From: an uncultured Pelagibacteraceae bacterium
Lineage (GTDB): Bacteria; Pseudomonadota; Alphaproteobacteria; Pelagibacterales; Pelagibacteraceae
Length of the DNA: 64,000 bases
NCBI GenBank assembly: GCA_902525625.1
Contig: CABZHM010000001.1
Location: forward strand, 29,130 to 93,129
Direction: 5' to 3'
The notes under the pieces are model-generated. The model was not told where the DNA came from, ran no database searches, and was given only the letters and a program-made list of their open reading frames with translations. The first letter of the stretch is position 1. The number at the start of each line of letters is the position of its first letter. A program made the position numbers and the translations under genes. Below are positions 42,277 through 52,216 of the stretch, one piece after another.

Positions 42277-43650
42277 CTATAAAATAAATTTAGATAGATC
42301 TGTATCTTTAACAAGATTATCGAGATTTTTGTTAATATAATCTTTATCTATTATAATTTTCTCACCAGAACGGTCAGTAGCTGTAAAGCTAATTTCATCT
42401 AAAATTTTTTCAATAATTGTATGCAACCTCCTCGCCCCAATATTTTCAACAGTAGAGTTAACTTCCGAAGCAATATTTGCAATCGCATCTATTCCATCTG
42501 CAGAAAATTCGAGATCTACGTTCTCAGTTTTTAAAAGAGCAATGTATTGTTTAATAAGACTATAATCTGGCTCTTTTAATATTCTTTTAAAATCCTCACT
42601 TGTTAATGCCTCCAATTCAACCCTTATAGGTAATCTACCCTGCAACTCTGGTAATAAATCTGATGGTTTGGCAAGTTGAAATGCACCAGAGGCTATGAAC
42701 AAAATATGATCTGTTTTGATTGGACCGTATTTGGTATTTACAGTAGTTCCTTCTATTAAAGGTAATAAGTCTCGCTGCACACCTTCTCTTGAAACATCAC
42801 CACCGACTCTGTCTGTTCTTCCAGAAATTTTATCTATCTCGTCTAAGAAAACTATACCATTATTTTCTGTGGAGATTTTTGCAGTTTTTATAATCTTGTC
42901 TTGTTCAATTAATTTGTCAGATTCATCATTTATTAAAATTTCATGAGACTCTTTAACAGTCATTTTTTTCTTTTTTTCTTTAGCACCAATAGATTTTCCA
43001 AGCATTTCACCGATATTAATCATCCCAATATTAGCACCCGGCATTCCAGGAATTTCAAAAGAAGTAGAGTTAGTTCCAGTATCGCTAACTGCAATTTCAA
43101 TTTCATTGTCATCTAAATCGCCATTTCTAAGTCTTTGTCTGAAACTTTCTCTTGTTGCAGCGCTGGCTTTTTTTCCAACTAGTGCGTCTAATACTTTCTC
43201 CTCAGCAAGCTTTTGTGCTTTAGCTTTGACCTCCTGCCTTTTTTTTATTTTTTCCATGGAAATTGCTATTTCAACTAAATCTCTTACAATCTGTTCAACA
43301 TCTCTTCCAACATAACCAACTTCTGTGAACCTTGTTGCTTCAACTTTAACAAATGGTGCCTCAGCCAATTTTGATAATCTTCTTGATATCTCTGTTTTAC
43401 CAACTCCAGTTGGGCCAATCATTAAAATGTTTTTTGGTAGCACCTCATTTTTCATTTCACCCTTAAGTGCTTGTCTTCTCCATCTATTTCTTAATGCAAC
43501 TGCTACAGCCCTTTTTGCTTTATTCTGACCAACAACAAATCTATCCAACTCGGATACTATTTCTCTTGGTGAAAGAGAACTACCTAAAAACTCTTCGTTT
43601 GAGTCTTTTTTATCTTTTGGATGTAGCTGTGTGACGTTTGATTTATCCAT
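42277..43650 (-). CDS. hslU: ATP-dependent protease ATPase subunit HslU
   Basis: [31 protein letters not shown]-terminal FIL. Confidence 0.99.
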   Translation of the reverse strand: MDKSNVTQLHPKDKKDSNEEFLGSSLSPREIVSELDRFVVGQNKAKRAVAVALRNRWRRQALKGEMKNEVLPKNILMIGPTGVGKTEISRRLSKLAEAPFVKVEATRFTEVGYVGRDVEQIVRDLVEIAISMEKIKKRQEVKAKAQKLAEEKVLDALVGKKASAATRESFRQRLRNGDLDDNEIEIAVSDTGTNSTSFEIPGMPGANIGMINIGEMLGKSIGAKEKKKKMTVKESHEILINDESDKLIEQDKIIKTAKISTENNGIVFLDEIDKISGRTDRVGGDVSREGVQRDLLPLIEGTTVNTKYGPIKTDHILFIASGAFQLAKPSDLLPELQGRLPIRVELEALTSEDFKRILKEPDYSLIKQYIALLKTENVDLEFSADGIDAIANIASEVNSTVENIGARRLHTIIEKILDEISFTATDRSGEKIIIDKDYINKNLDNLVKDTDLSKFIL

Positions 43651-44165
43651 TATATTTTTTCAATTTTAACATTATTGTTAGTAAAAACACAAATTTCTGC
43701 TGCAACCTCAATTGCTTTTTTTGCAACCTGTTCAGCATTCATTTCAGTTCCAATTAAAACCTTTCCTGCTGCTAACGCGTAATTTCCACCAGAGCCAATT
43801 CCAATAATATCTCCCTCAGGTTCCAAAACATCTCCTGTGCCAGAAATTATATAACTGTTTTCTTTATCACCAATTGCCATCAGTGCTTCAAGTCTTCTCA
43901 AATATTTGTCTGTTCGCCAATCTTTTGCTAACTCTACTGCTGCTCTTGATAAATTTCCTGCGTGTTTTTCTAATTTTGCTTCAAGTCTTTCAAACAAAGT
44001 TAAAGCATCTGCTGTAGATCCAGCAAATCCTGCTACTACACCTCTTTTATCAATTTTTCTTACTTTGGAGGCAGTACTTTTTACGACTGTATTTCCCATA
44101 CTTACCTGCCCATCACCTGCAACTACGACTTCTTTGTTTTTTCTTACTAATACAATTGTTGTCAT
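43650..44165 (-). CDS. hslV: ATP-dependent protease peptidase subunit HslV
   Basis: N-terminal [21 protein letters not shown]. Confidence 0.99.
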   Translation of the reverse strand: MTTIVLVRKNKEVVVAGDGQVSMGNTVVKSTASKVRKIDKRGVVAGFAGSTADALTLFERLEAKLEKHAGNLSRAAVELAKDWRTDKYLRRLEALMAIGDKENSYIISGTGDVLEPEGDIIGIGSGGNYALAAGKVLIGTEMNAEQVAKKAIEVAAEICVFTNNNVKIEKI

Positions 44166-44171
44166 AGCTTA

Positions 44172-44200
44172 TAAATGGATACTAATTTTGATACTTCAAG
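44172..44200 (-). promoter_or_regulatory. Putative RpoH promoter of hslVU
   Basis: Minus strand reads CTTGAA-N16-CCATTTA just upstream of the hslV ATG. Confidence 0.6.
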
Positions 44201-44256
44201 ACCATGGTTAGTATTATTGCCATAATTGAATAATATATGTATACCTCTTTTTAGTT

Positions 44257-44847
44257 ATGAAGCGTAAAGGCAAAATTAGTCGAAAAACCAAAGAGACCAG
44301 CATTAGTGTTGATTTGAATATTGATGGAAAAGGTAAATATAAAATTGATACGGGCATAGGTTTTTTAAATCACATGCTAGAACAGCTATCTAAACATTCC
44401 TCTATTGACATGACTATTAAAGCTAAAGGCGATACTCATATAGATCTTCACCACACTACTGAAGATACTGGTATTGCGATAGGTGAGGCTCTAAAGAAAG
44501 CTTTGAAAAAATCTGTTGGTATCAGAAGATATGCTCATGCAATGATACCTATGGATGAAACTTTATCGCGTGTAGCTCTTGATATTTCTAATAGACCCTA
44601 TTTGATTTGGAACGTTAATCTTAAAGTAGAAAAACTTGGTGAAATGGATACTGAACTTTTTAAAGAATGGTTTCAGGCATTTTCACAATCTGCTGGAATT
44701 ACTTTACACGTTGAGAATATTTATGGTGATAACAGTCACCACATAATAGAGTCTTGCTTCAAAGGTTTAGCAAGATCATTACGAGCTGCATTAGAGATAG
44801 ATCCTAGGAATAAAAAAACAATTCCTTCTACAAAAGGTTCTTTATAA
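44257..44847 (+). CDS. hisB: Imidazoleglycerol-phosphate dehydratase
   Basis: [30 protein letters not shown]. Confidence 0.98.
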   Translation: MKRKGKISRKTKETSISVDLNIDGKGKYKIDTGIGFLNHMLEQLSKHSSIDMTIKAKGDTHIDLHHTTEDTGIAIGEALKKALKKSVGIRRYAHAMIPMDETLSRVALDISNRPYLIWNVNLKVEKLGEMDTELFKEWFQAFSQSAGITLHVENIYGDNSHHIIESCFKGLARSLRAALEIDPRNKKTIPSTKGSL

Positions 44848-44852
44848 GTTTA

Positions 44853-45479
44853 ATGAAAGTCACAATTGTTGATTATAATTCGGGCAATATTAGCTCGGTG
44901 ATAAACTCTTTTAAAGAAGTTGCTAAAAATAAAGTAAATATCGAGGTAACTTCAGATCTAGGTAAGATTAAATCAAGTGATAAATTAGTTTTACCAGGCC
45001 AGGGCTCATTTAAAAGTTGTGTAGATGCCTTAAATAAAATTGATGGTTTAAAGGAAACTCTCAACGAATTTGCAATAAACAATAAAAAACCTCTTCTTGG
45101 AATTTGTGTTGGTTTACAAATGTTTGCTGATGTTGGGTATGAAGAAACTGAAACAAAAGGGTTGGGGTGGATACCTGGAAAAGTGTCAAAAATTAATAAT
45201 CAAAACGGAAAATATAAGCTTCCTCATATTGGATGGAATCAAATAGATATTGTCAAAGATAGTAAGATTTTTAAAAATATAGAAAATAATTCTCATATGT
45301 ATTTTGTTCATAGTTATGAATTTATTCCAAATGATAAAAATGTAATTTCAGCAATAACAGATTATTCTTCACATATTGTTTGTTCAGTCGAGAAAGAAAA
45401 TATTTTTGGAACTCAATTTCACCCTGAAAAAAGTGATAAAATTGGACTGAAAATTATTGATAATTTTTTAAGTTTATAA
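44853..45479 (+). CDS. hisH: Imidazole glycerol phosphate synthase glutaminase subunit
   Basis: LPGQG, GICVGLQ, PHIGWN, YFVHSY, QFHPEKS. Confidence 0.98.
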   Translation: MKVTIVDYNSGNISSVINSFKEVAKNKVNIEVTSDLGKIKSSDKLVLPGQGSFKSCVDALNKIDGLKETLNEFAINNKKPLLGICVGLQMFADVGYEETETKGLGWIPGKVSKINNQNGKYKLPHIGWNQIDIVKDSKIFKNIENNSHMYFVHSYEFIPNDKNVISAITDYSSHIVCSVEKENIFGTQFHPEKSDKIGLKIIDNFLSL

Positions 45480-45480
45480 A

Positions 45481-45509
45481 TTGAAACGTTCACGGAATTT
45501 TGTTAATAT
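45481..45509 (+). promoter_or_regulatory. Sigma70-type promoter (extended -10), probably leaderless, for the repeat-protein gene
   Basis: TTGAAA-N17-TAATAT with TGn extension, 6 nt before ATG 45516. Confidence 0.6.
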
Positions 45510-45515
45510 AAATTA

Positions 45516-45914
45516 ATGAAATTATCTTTAAAAACTTTAATTTTACTCGCATCAATTATATTTACTTTTAATATTGCTAATGCCGATAGTTGGTCCACTA
45601 ATTCTTTGGGCATAACATCTGGTACACTTGGTGGTCAATCTTTCTCATCGTCAACTAATTCACTTGGAATTACATCAGGTTCAATTGGAAGCGAAACATT
45701 TTCTTATTCGACTAATTCTTTAGGTATTACATCTGGAAGTGTGGGCGGTCAATCTTTCTCATCGTCAACTAATTCACTTGGAATTACATCAGGTTCAATT
45801 GGAAGCGAAACATTTTCTTATTCGACTAATTCTTTAGGTATTACATCTGGAAGTGTAGGTGGCAATTCTTTTTCTTGCTCAACAAATTCACTTGGAATTA
45901 CTACTTGTTATTAA
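45516..45914 (+). CDS. Secreted Ser/Thr/Gly-rich protein with six 19-aa repeats (STNSLGITSG...), function unknown
   Basis: Signal peptide ending ANA; STNSLGIT occurs 6 times at 19-aa spacing; C-terminal C-x9-C. Confidence 0.85.
   Translation: MKLSLKTLILLASIIFTFNIANADSWSTNSLGITSGTLGGQSFSSSTNSLGITSGSIGSETFSYSTNSLGITSGSVGGQSFSSSTNSLGITSGSIGSETFSYSTNSLGITSGSVGGNSFSCSTNSLGITTCY
45633..45856 (+). repeat. Exact 110-bp direct repeat, period 114 bp (two protein repeat units)
   Basis: 45633-45742 is identical to 45747-45856 by base-by-base reading. Confidence 0.93.
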
Positions 45915-45958
45915 GAATTAATTAAATTTAAATATTTAGTTAATCAAATAATTCAAAA

Positions 45959-46675
45959 ATGAAAATATTTCCTGCAATAGATATTAAAGATAAAAAGTGT
46001 GTAAGATTAGTTAAAGGAAATTTTGATAATAAAACCGAGTATGAACTTTCTCCAGTTGAACAAGCTAACAAATATAAGGAACATGGTTTTAAAAATTTAC
46101 ATATAGTCGATTTAGATGGCGCGTTAACAGGAGAAACAGTTAATTTGGATATTATTCAAGAAATAGTTAAAAAATTTGATCTTAAAATTGAAATTGGTGG
46201 AGGCATTAGAAATTTTGAAAGTATTAAGAAATACACTGATGTTGGTGTTGAAAAAGTAATTTTAGGAAGTGCTGCAATAAAAGATAAAAACTTTCTAAAA
46301 GATGCTTGTCGAAAATTTCCTGATAAAATTGCTTTAGGTTTAGATGCAAAAGATGGATATTTATCGGTTTCAGGTTGGAAAGAAAATTCAAATCAATCAA
46401 CTTTAGATTATTTGCAAGAGGTGAATAATTATGGTGTAAGCAGATTGATCTATACAGACATTAATAGAGATGGGATGAAGCAAAGTCCTAATTTTGAAGT
46501 GACATCAAAGGTTGCTAACATATCAAATTGTCCTGTGATTATATCCGGTGGAGTTTCATCAATAGATGACATTAAAAAAGCAAAGAGTTTAAAAAATGTT
46601 GAAGGTATAATAGTTGGTAAAGCTATTTATGATGGAGATATTAAATTAGAGGAACTAGTGAAAGAAGATGCTTAA
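45959..46675 (+). CDS. hisA: ProFAR isomerase
   Basis: [33 protein letters not shown]. Confidence 0.98.
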   Translation: MKIFPAIDIKDKKCVRLVKGNFDNKTEYELSPVEQANKYKEHGFKNLHIVDLDGALTGETVNLDIIQEIVKKFDLKIEIGGGIRNFESIKKYTDVGVEKVILGSAAIKDKNFLKDACRKFPDKIALGLDAKDGYLSVSGWKENSNQSTLDYLQEVNNYGVSRLIYTDINRDGMKQSPNFEVTSKVANISNCPVIISGGVSSIDDIKKAKSLKNVEGIIVGKAIYDGDIKLEELVKEDA

Positions 46676-47423
46676 AAATAGAATAATACCTTGTTTAGAT
46701 GTTAAAAATGGTCGAGTTGTAAAGGGTATTAACTTTGTTGATCTCAAAGATGCGGGAGACCCTGTAGAACAAGCTAAAATTTATAGCGATGGTGGAGCAG
46801 ATGAAATTTGTTTTTTAGATATTACCGCTTCTAATGAAAATAGAGATACTATTTACGATGTTGTGGAGAAAACTTCAAAAAAATGTTTTGTGCCTTTAAC
46901 AGTTGGTGGTGGTATAAGAAGCGTAGAAGATATTAATAAATTACTAAATTGTGGTGCAGATAAAGTTTCCATAAATACTGCCGCAGTTGAAAATTCAAAA
47001 GTTGTTGTTGATAGTTCAAAAAAATTTGGATCTCAATGTATTGTAGTTGCAATAGACGCAAAAAGAAATGGAGATAAGTGGGAAGTATTTACTCATGGGG
47101 GAAGAAATAATAGCGGAATTGATGCAATAGAATATGCTAAAGAAATGGAAAATAATGGTGCAGGCGAATTATTAGTAACATCAATGGATAGAGATGGTAC
47201 ACAGGTTGGATACGATATTGATTTGATGTTAAGAATTTCATCTGAAGTTAATATTCCTACAATAGCATCTGGTGGAGTCGGCAATTTGGATCATTTGGTT
47301 GATGGTATTAAATTGGGAAAAGCGAGTGCCGTGTTAGCCGCCTCGATATTTCATTATGGAAAATATTCGATAAGCCAAGCAAAAAAATATTTGAAGACAA
47401 AAGGAGTTCCAGTAAGAATTTAA
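46668..47423 (+). CDS. hisF: Imidazole glycerol phosphate synthase cyclase subunit
   Basis: [30 protein letters not shown]. Confidence 0.99.
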   Translation: MLKNRIIPCLDVKNGRVVKGINFVDLKDAGDPVEQAKIYSDGGADEICFLDITASNENRDTIYDVVEKTSKKCFVPLTVGGGIRSVEDINKLLNCGADKVSINTAAVENSKVVVDSSKKFGSQCIVVAIDAKRNGDKWEVFTHGGRNNSGIDAIEYAKEMENNGAGELLVTSMDRDGTQVGYDIDLMLRISSEVNIPTIASGGVGNLDHLVDGIKLGKASAVLAASIFHYGKYSISQAKKYLKTKGVPVRI

Positions 47424-47425
47424 AA

Positions 47426-47965
47426 TTATCTAAATTTTGGTCCATCCATCCAAAGTGCTAATGTGGCCCTTGATCCAGAAGTAATTTTTTCAACTTTATG
47501 ATTTGTAAAAGATGGAAATATAACAGCTGAACCAGGATTGAAATTTTCAATTTTTACCTCTCCATCTCTAAACAAATACAAATCTCCACCTTGATATTCC
47601 TCCTCAGAGCAATTAAGCAGGCAAGTAAGTTTTATATCTCTTACCGCAGAGTGCATCGAGGCATCTATGTGCCAAGTATATTCTTCATTGGGTTGATAAG
47701 TATTGAAATTTAATACTTTACTAGGAGCTGACTGGAATAAATCAAATCCGTAATGATGAGAATTTGTAGTCATTATAAAATCCATCAATGGTAAAAGTAT
47801 TTTTTGAATAGATAGTAATCTAACAAATTTTACCTGTGAGGTTTTTATAGCTTTTTGGTTTGGACTATCTGTCCCTTTTACTAGGTTCTTTTGTATTGTT
47901 TCATTTAAAAGTTTTATTTGCTCTTTATTAAATATTTTGGCTGTTACATATCCTGCTTCTCTCAT
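47426..47965 (-). CDS. 2OG-Fe(II) oxygenase (P4H/PKHD-like)
   Basis: WHID (HxD), EEYQGGDL, IFPSF..HKV..ITSGSR..L.LW. Confidence 0.9.
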   Translation of the reverse strand: MREAGYVTAKIFNKEQIKLLNETIQKNLVKGTDSPNQKAIKTSQVKFVRLLSIQKILLPLMDFIMTTNSHHYGFDLFQSAPSKVLNFNTYQPNEEYTWHIDASMHSAVRDIKLTCLLNCSEEEYQGGDLYLFRDGEVKIENFNPGSAVIFPSFTNHKVEKITSGSRATLALWMDGPKFR

Positions 47966-47972
47966 AATGGTA

Positions 47973-48034
47973 ATTTTACATTAATTAAAAATTTTTATCA
48001 ACTGATTGAAGTTATAAAAGGTTACTGTTAGAGT
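47973..48034. promoter_or_regulatory. Back-to-back sigma70-type promoters for the oxygenase (-) and hisE (+)
   Basis: Minus: TTGATA-N17-TAAAAT-N7-ATG(47965); plus: TTGAAG-N17-TAGAGT-N6-ATG(48041). Confidence 0.6.
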
Positions 48035-48040
48035 TATTCA

Positions 48041-48319
48041 ATGTTAAAAACGCTTGAAAACTTATTTAAACTTGCAAGAGATAGGAAAACTAATCCTGTA
48101 AGTAATTCATATACAAATAAATTACTAGGGAACAAATCTTTGTGTAAGGAAAAAGTTTTAGAAGAGATTAATGAACTAATAGAGGCTGTTGAAAAAAATA
48201 CAAATAAGATCCATGAAGCAGCAGATGTTTTTTATCATTTAATAATGTATTTGGAAGCTAATAATATACAGATTGAAGATGTTGAATTAGAATTAGAGAG
48301 ACGAAAAAAAAGTGAGTAA
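48041..48319 (+). CDS. hisE: Phosphoribosyl-ATP pyrophosphatase
   Basis: SYTNKL, KVLEE..E, HEAADVFYH, ELERR. Confidence 0.94.
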   Translation: MLKTLENLFKLARDRKTNPVSNSYTNKLLGNKSLCKEKVLEEINELIEAVEKNTNKIHEAADVFYHLIMYLEANNIQIEDVELELERRKKSE

Positions 48320-48653
48320 AATTAAAGTGGTTATTCTTTTATTGATTTGTTTTGGCCTTTACAAAGGTTACGTTGCTTTAACAGATTTTGAAATAGGAGT
48401 TTCTGAAAGGATCGTTGAGCTTGAGGAAGCAGCAGATCTTGAAAGACAAGGAGAAGTGATAGCTCTTATGATGTACTTAGGTGATCCTCCAGAATTAAAC
48501 GAGCACTTATTTGTTAAAAATAAGTCTAAATGTTTGGAAATGAAGCAAATAGCTGAGGAAACATCTTTCGCATATTATGAATGTGCAATCGTTTACGCTA
48601 ATTTAAAAGGTGGAAAAATTATTAGCATAAATGAAGAACTAGAGGTTTTTTAA
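48312..48653 (+). CDS. Hypothetical membrane-anchored protein
   Basis: GTG start overlapping hisE; N-terminal hydrophobic helix; acidic body with two Cys; stop overlaps the HIT start. Confidence 0.7.
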   Translation: MSKIKVVILLLICFGLYKGYVALTDFEIGVSERIVELEEAADLERQGEVIALMMYLGDPPELNEHLFVKNKSKCLEMKQIAEETSFAYYECAIVYANLKGGKIISINEELEVF

Positions 48654-49018
48654 TGGGATATGATAATAACAATATTTTTGCAAAAATCTTGAAGGGTGAA
48701 ATCCCATGCAAAAAAATTTATGAAGATGAGTTTGTATTATCTTTTTACGATATAAATCCTCAAAAAAAAATTCATGCACTTGTTATACCAAAAGGAAAAT
48801 ATATTGATTTAGATGATTTTGCCATCAATGCTTCTGATAATGAAATTGTAGGATTGGTAAAAGGTATAAATAAAGTTGCAAAAAAATTGAATATCTCTGT
48901 TGATACTGGAAAAGGCTACAGGGCTTTAGCTAACATAAGTGAACATGGTGGACAAGAGGTGCCACACTTACATTTCCATTTATTTGGGGGTGAAAAAATT
49001 GGTAAGATGGTTCTGTGA
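48653..49018 (+). CDS. HIT family nucleotide-binding protein
   Basis: NIFAKILKGEIPC, GQEVPHLHFH. Confidence 0.95.
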   Translation: MGYDNNNIFAKILKGEIPCKKIYEDEFVLSFYDINPQKKIHALVIPKGKYIDLDDFAINASDNEIVGLVKGINKVAKKLNISVDTGKGYRALANISEHGGQEVPHLHFHLFGGEKIGKMVL

Positions 49019-49518
49019 AAAAAAATATTAGCAGAAATTATCTTGAAATATTTTCACTAAAAGATTTAGTAGATGTTAAAAAACCCTCAGAAGAATTTTT
49101 TATAGAGATTATTAATCCCCCAAATTTCCTATTAAATAAATTTTTCTATAAAAATATAGGTAATGATCATCGTTGGGTCGACCGTCTTATGTGGAACGAA
49201 AAACAATGGATTGACTATACTACAAATGAATATGTGAAAACTTATGTTTTGAAAAAAAATGCTAATCTCGTAGGTTATTTTGAGTTGATATACCACAATC
49301 AAAAGAAAGAAACTGAAATTGCTTACTTTGGATTACTTAAAGAATTTCATAATAAAAAATTAGGTTCGTATTTATTATCAATTGCTATTAAAAAATCTTT
49401 TCAAGATAAATCTAAGAGAGTTTGGGTACATACTTGTTCTTTAGATCACAAAAATGCTCTAAATAATTATCTTTCAAGAGGAATGAAAATTTTTAAAAGA
49501 GAGACAGTTACTATTTAA
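49015..49518 (+). CDS. GNAT family N-acetyltransferase
   Basis: GYFEL, EIAYFGL, KKLGSYLL, RVWVHTCSLDHKNALNNY..RG. Confidence 0.88.
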   Translation: MKKNISRNYLEIFSLKDLVDVKKPSEEFFIEIINPPNFLLNKFFYKNIGNDHRWVDRLMWNEKQWIDYTTNEYVKTYVLKKNANLVGYFELIYHNQKKETEIAYFGLLKEFHNKKLGSYLLSIAIKKSFQDKSKRVWVHTCSLDHKNALNNYLSRGMKIFKRETVTI

Positions 49519-50066
49519 TTATTTTGCTTTGGCAAATTAAAAATATCATTGTCAATTTCTAAATTAGTTCTTACTGAGGTCAAGTATGTAATACTTAGAT
49601 TTTGATAAATGTCTACAGTCTGCCAGCCCATAAAATTATAATTTTTTTTATTAAAGAAAATATTTACTTTGTTCTCATCATGTTTAAATTCAAAACTAAT
49701 AAACTTTGAGTCCTCATATTTTTTACGCATCTTACTGATATTATCAATTAAGAATTTTTTATCTAAAATTAAATTTAAAGGTGTTTTATCAAGTGGATAA
49801 AAATAGTAACTACTGATGGTTTTAATTACCAATGATTGACCATTTGAAACTAATATTTTCTGGTTACTTGAATTATATTTACAAAATATTTTTTTTGGGT
49901 AGGAGACAATACAATTACCTTTCTCTAATTTATCATTTATATTTTGTTCAAACTTAAATGATAGATTATCTATTTTTTTAAGATTACTTATAATATTAGA
50001 TTTTGTTGATGCTTGAACCTCATTGATAAAAAAATATATAGCAATTAATAAAATTATTTTTTTCAT
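49515..50066 (-). CDS. lolA: Outer-membrane lipoprotein carrier LolA-like
   Basis: Signal peptide, FEQ, YPLDKTPL; directly downstream of ftsK. Confidence 0.8.
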   Translation of the reverse strand: MKKIILLIAIYFFINEVQASTKSNIISNLKKIDNLSFKFEQNINDKLEKGNCIVSYPKKIFCKYNSSNQKILVSNGQSLVIKTISSYYFYPLDKTPLNLILDKKFLIDNISKMRKKYEDSKFISFEFKHDENKVNIFFNKKNYNFMGWQTVDIYQNLSITYLTSVRTNLEIDNDIFNLPKQNN

Positions 50067-52153
50067 TAAAGCACATCTCTTTTTCCAACATGATTTGCTT
50101 TGCTTACAATCCCATCAGCTTCCATCATGTCGATAATCCTTGCTGCACGATTATAACCAATTTGTAATTTTCTTTGTAAAAAAGAAGTTGAAGCTTTACC
50201 CTCAGATCTTATTATCTCCACAGCTGTGTTGTATAATTCATCTTTATCTCCATAATTTTTTGAATTTTCGCTCATTTCTTTTTCATCTGCAAAATTTAGA
50301 ATTTCATCAACATAATCTGGCTTAGCTTGTGATCTCAAAAAATTATTTATTTTTTCAATTTCACTTTCAGATACAAAAGGTGCGTGTATTCTCATAATTT
50401 TATTAGCCGAGGACATATACAACATGTCTCCCTTGCCTAATAGTTGTTCTGCACCTTGCTCACCCAATATAGTTCTACTATCTATTTTTGAGGTAACCTG
50501 AAATGAAATACGTGTTGGAAAATTCGCTTTAATTGTACCAGTTATCACATCAACACTAGGTCTTTGAGTCGCCATTATTATATGAATTCCAGCAGCTCTA
50601 GCCATTTGAGATAATTTTTGAATATAATTCTCAATTTCTTTCCCTGCAACCAGCATTAAATCTGACATTTCATCAACTACTACAACTATGTAAGGCATTG
50701 GGAGTTTATGTTTTGAATTGTATCCGTCAATATTTCTTACACCTTCTTTTGTCATTAATCTGTATCTACTCTCCATTTCTTTAACAACCCACCCCAATAC
50801 CGAGGTAGCTTTTTTTGCTTCAGTAATTACGGGACAAAGTAGATGAGGAACCCCTTCGTACGTAGATAGCTCAAGCATTTTTGGATCTATTAAAATAAAT
50901 TTGCAATTTTCTGGATTGTGTCGATACAAAAGTGAGAGGATAATAGTGTTTATACACACTGACTTTCCAGAGCCAGTAGTTCCTGCTATTAATAGATGAG
51001 GCATTGAGGTTAAATCTCTAACGATTGGCTCTCCAGAAATATTTTTTCCTAGAGCAATAGGTAATTTTATATCTTTTTTTTTAAAAACTAAATCATTGAG
51101 AATCTCGCTTAAATAAACATTTTCTCTTGTTTGATTTGGTAACTCTATGCCGATAGTATTACTGCCAGGAATAGTAGATATTCGTGCTGACTCTGAGCTA
51201 GTATTTCTTGCTATATCATCTGATAAGTTTATTATTTTTGAGACTTTTATTCCAGCAGCAGGCTCAAACTCATTTAATGTCACGACTGGACCATGACTTA
51301 CCTTTTTTATATTTCCGTTTACTCCAAAATCTAAAAGTATTTTTTCAAGGAAAGAAGGATCTATATTATCATTCTTAATAGATTTTGATCTCTCATTTTT
51401 CTTGGGTATTTTCAATAATTCTACCGAGGGTAATTTGAATTTAGTTTTGGCTATATTAGGGAAATTTTCAGCCTTAATAAATGGCAAATCTTCTTGTATT
51501 AAATTTTTTATTTCATCCTGAGGTATATATTCTTTAATGACTTCATTTTCATTTGTGTAATTTTTATTTCCTCTTTTAAAAAAATCAGTAATTTTTTTGA
51601 TTACCAAAATAAAACTTTTTATACTGAAATTTATACTCAATAAAAAGAATGCCAATATAACTAAAATTAAAATATAGAATGAAATTGATTCATTTGTTTT
51701 AATAATCAAGCTTAAAAAGGTTTCATCAAGATATCTACCTATAAAGCCACCGTTTCCATTAATATAAAGTTTAAAAGCATTGTTGTAATAATGGTTAAAG
51801 AAAAGTGAACCTACAACTGAATAAACAATTATATAAAATACGTTTTCTATTATAGACAAAATTTTTTTAATTCTAATAATATTTAATCCTATCAGCAAAA
51901 AGGAAATTGGTATTAGAAAAGTAATTAGACCAAATGACTGAAAGAAGAGATCTGATACGTAACTTCCATGAAAACCTAAAAAATTTTTAATTTCATAATT
52001 TTGTGGAAATATAAAATTTGGGTCCTCAGGCGAGTAAGAAATTAATGATATTAAAAGAAGAATTCCTAAAATTGATATAATCAAACCCAAGATTTCTATT
52101 AATCTTCTTTTTATAAAAATAAATATTGAATTGCTTAATTTATTAATATCCAT
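50066..52153 (-). CDS. ftsK: DNA translocase FtsK (start likely ATG 52153)
   Basis: 4TM N-terminus; PHLLIAGTTGSGKS, ATQRPS, gamma domain LQRKLQIGYNRAARII. Confidence 0.97.
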   Translation of the reverse strand: MDINKLSNSIFIFIKRRLIEILGLIISILGILLLISLISYSPEDPNFIFPQNYEIKNFLGFHGSYVSDLFFQSFGLITFLIPISFLLIGLNIIRIKKILSIIENVFYIIVYSVVGSLFFNHYYNNAFKLYINGNGGFIGRYLDETFLSLIIKTNESISFYILILVILAFFLLSINFSIKSFILVIKKITDFFKRGNKNYTNENEVIKEYIPQDEIKNLIQEDLPFIKAENFPNIAKTKFKLPSVELLKIPKKNERSKSIKNDNIDPSFLEKILLDFGVNGNIKKVSHGPVVTLNEFEPAAGIKVSKIINLSDDIARNTSSESARISTIPGSNTIGIELPNQTRENVYLSEILNDLVFKKKDIKLPIALGKNISGEPIVRDLTSMPHLLIAGTTGSGKSVCINTIILSLLYRHNPENCKFILIDPKMLELSTYEGVPHLLCPVITEAKKATSVLGWVVKEMESRYRLMTKEGVRNIDGYNSKHKLPMPYIVVVVDEMSDLMLVAGKEIENYIQKLSQMARAAGIHIIMATQRPSVDVITGTIKANFPTRISFQVTSKIDSRTILGEQGAEQLLGKGDMLYMSSANKIMRIHAPFVSESEIEKINNFLRSQAKPDYVDEILNFADEKEMSENSKNYGDKDELYNTAVEIIRSEGKASTSFLQRKLQIGYNRAARIIDMMEADGIVSKANHVGKRDVL

Positions 52154-52216
52154 ATCAGCTGAATCAAATATATCACTTTGTATCATCTAATTTTTGTTGT
52201 TAAAATTAAAATAATT

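Noticed and set aside
45516-45914. Regularly spaced 57-bp repeats resembling a CRISPR array
   Set aside because: Repeats are in-frame coding units with synonymous variation; the 'spacers' are themselves repeated; no cas genes.
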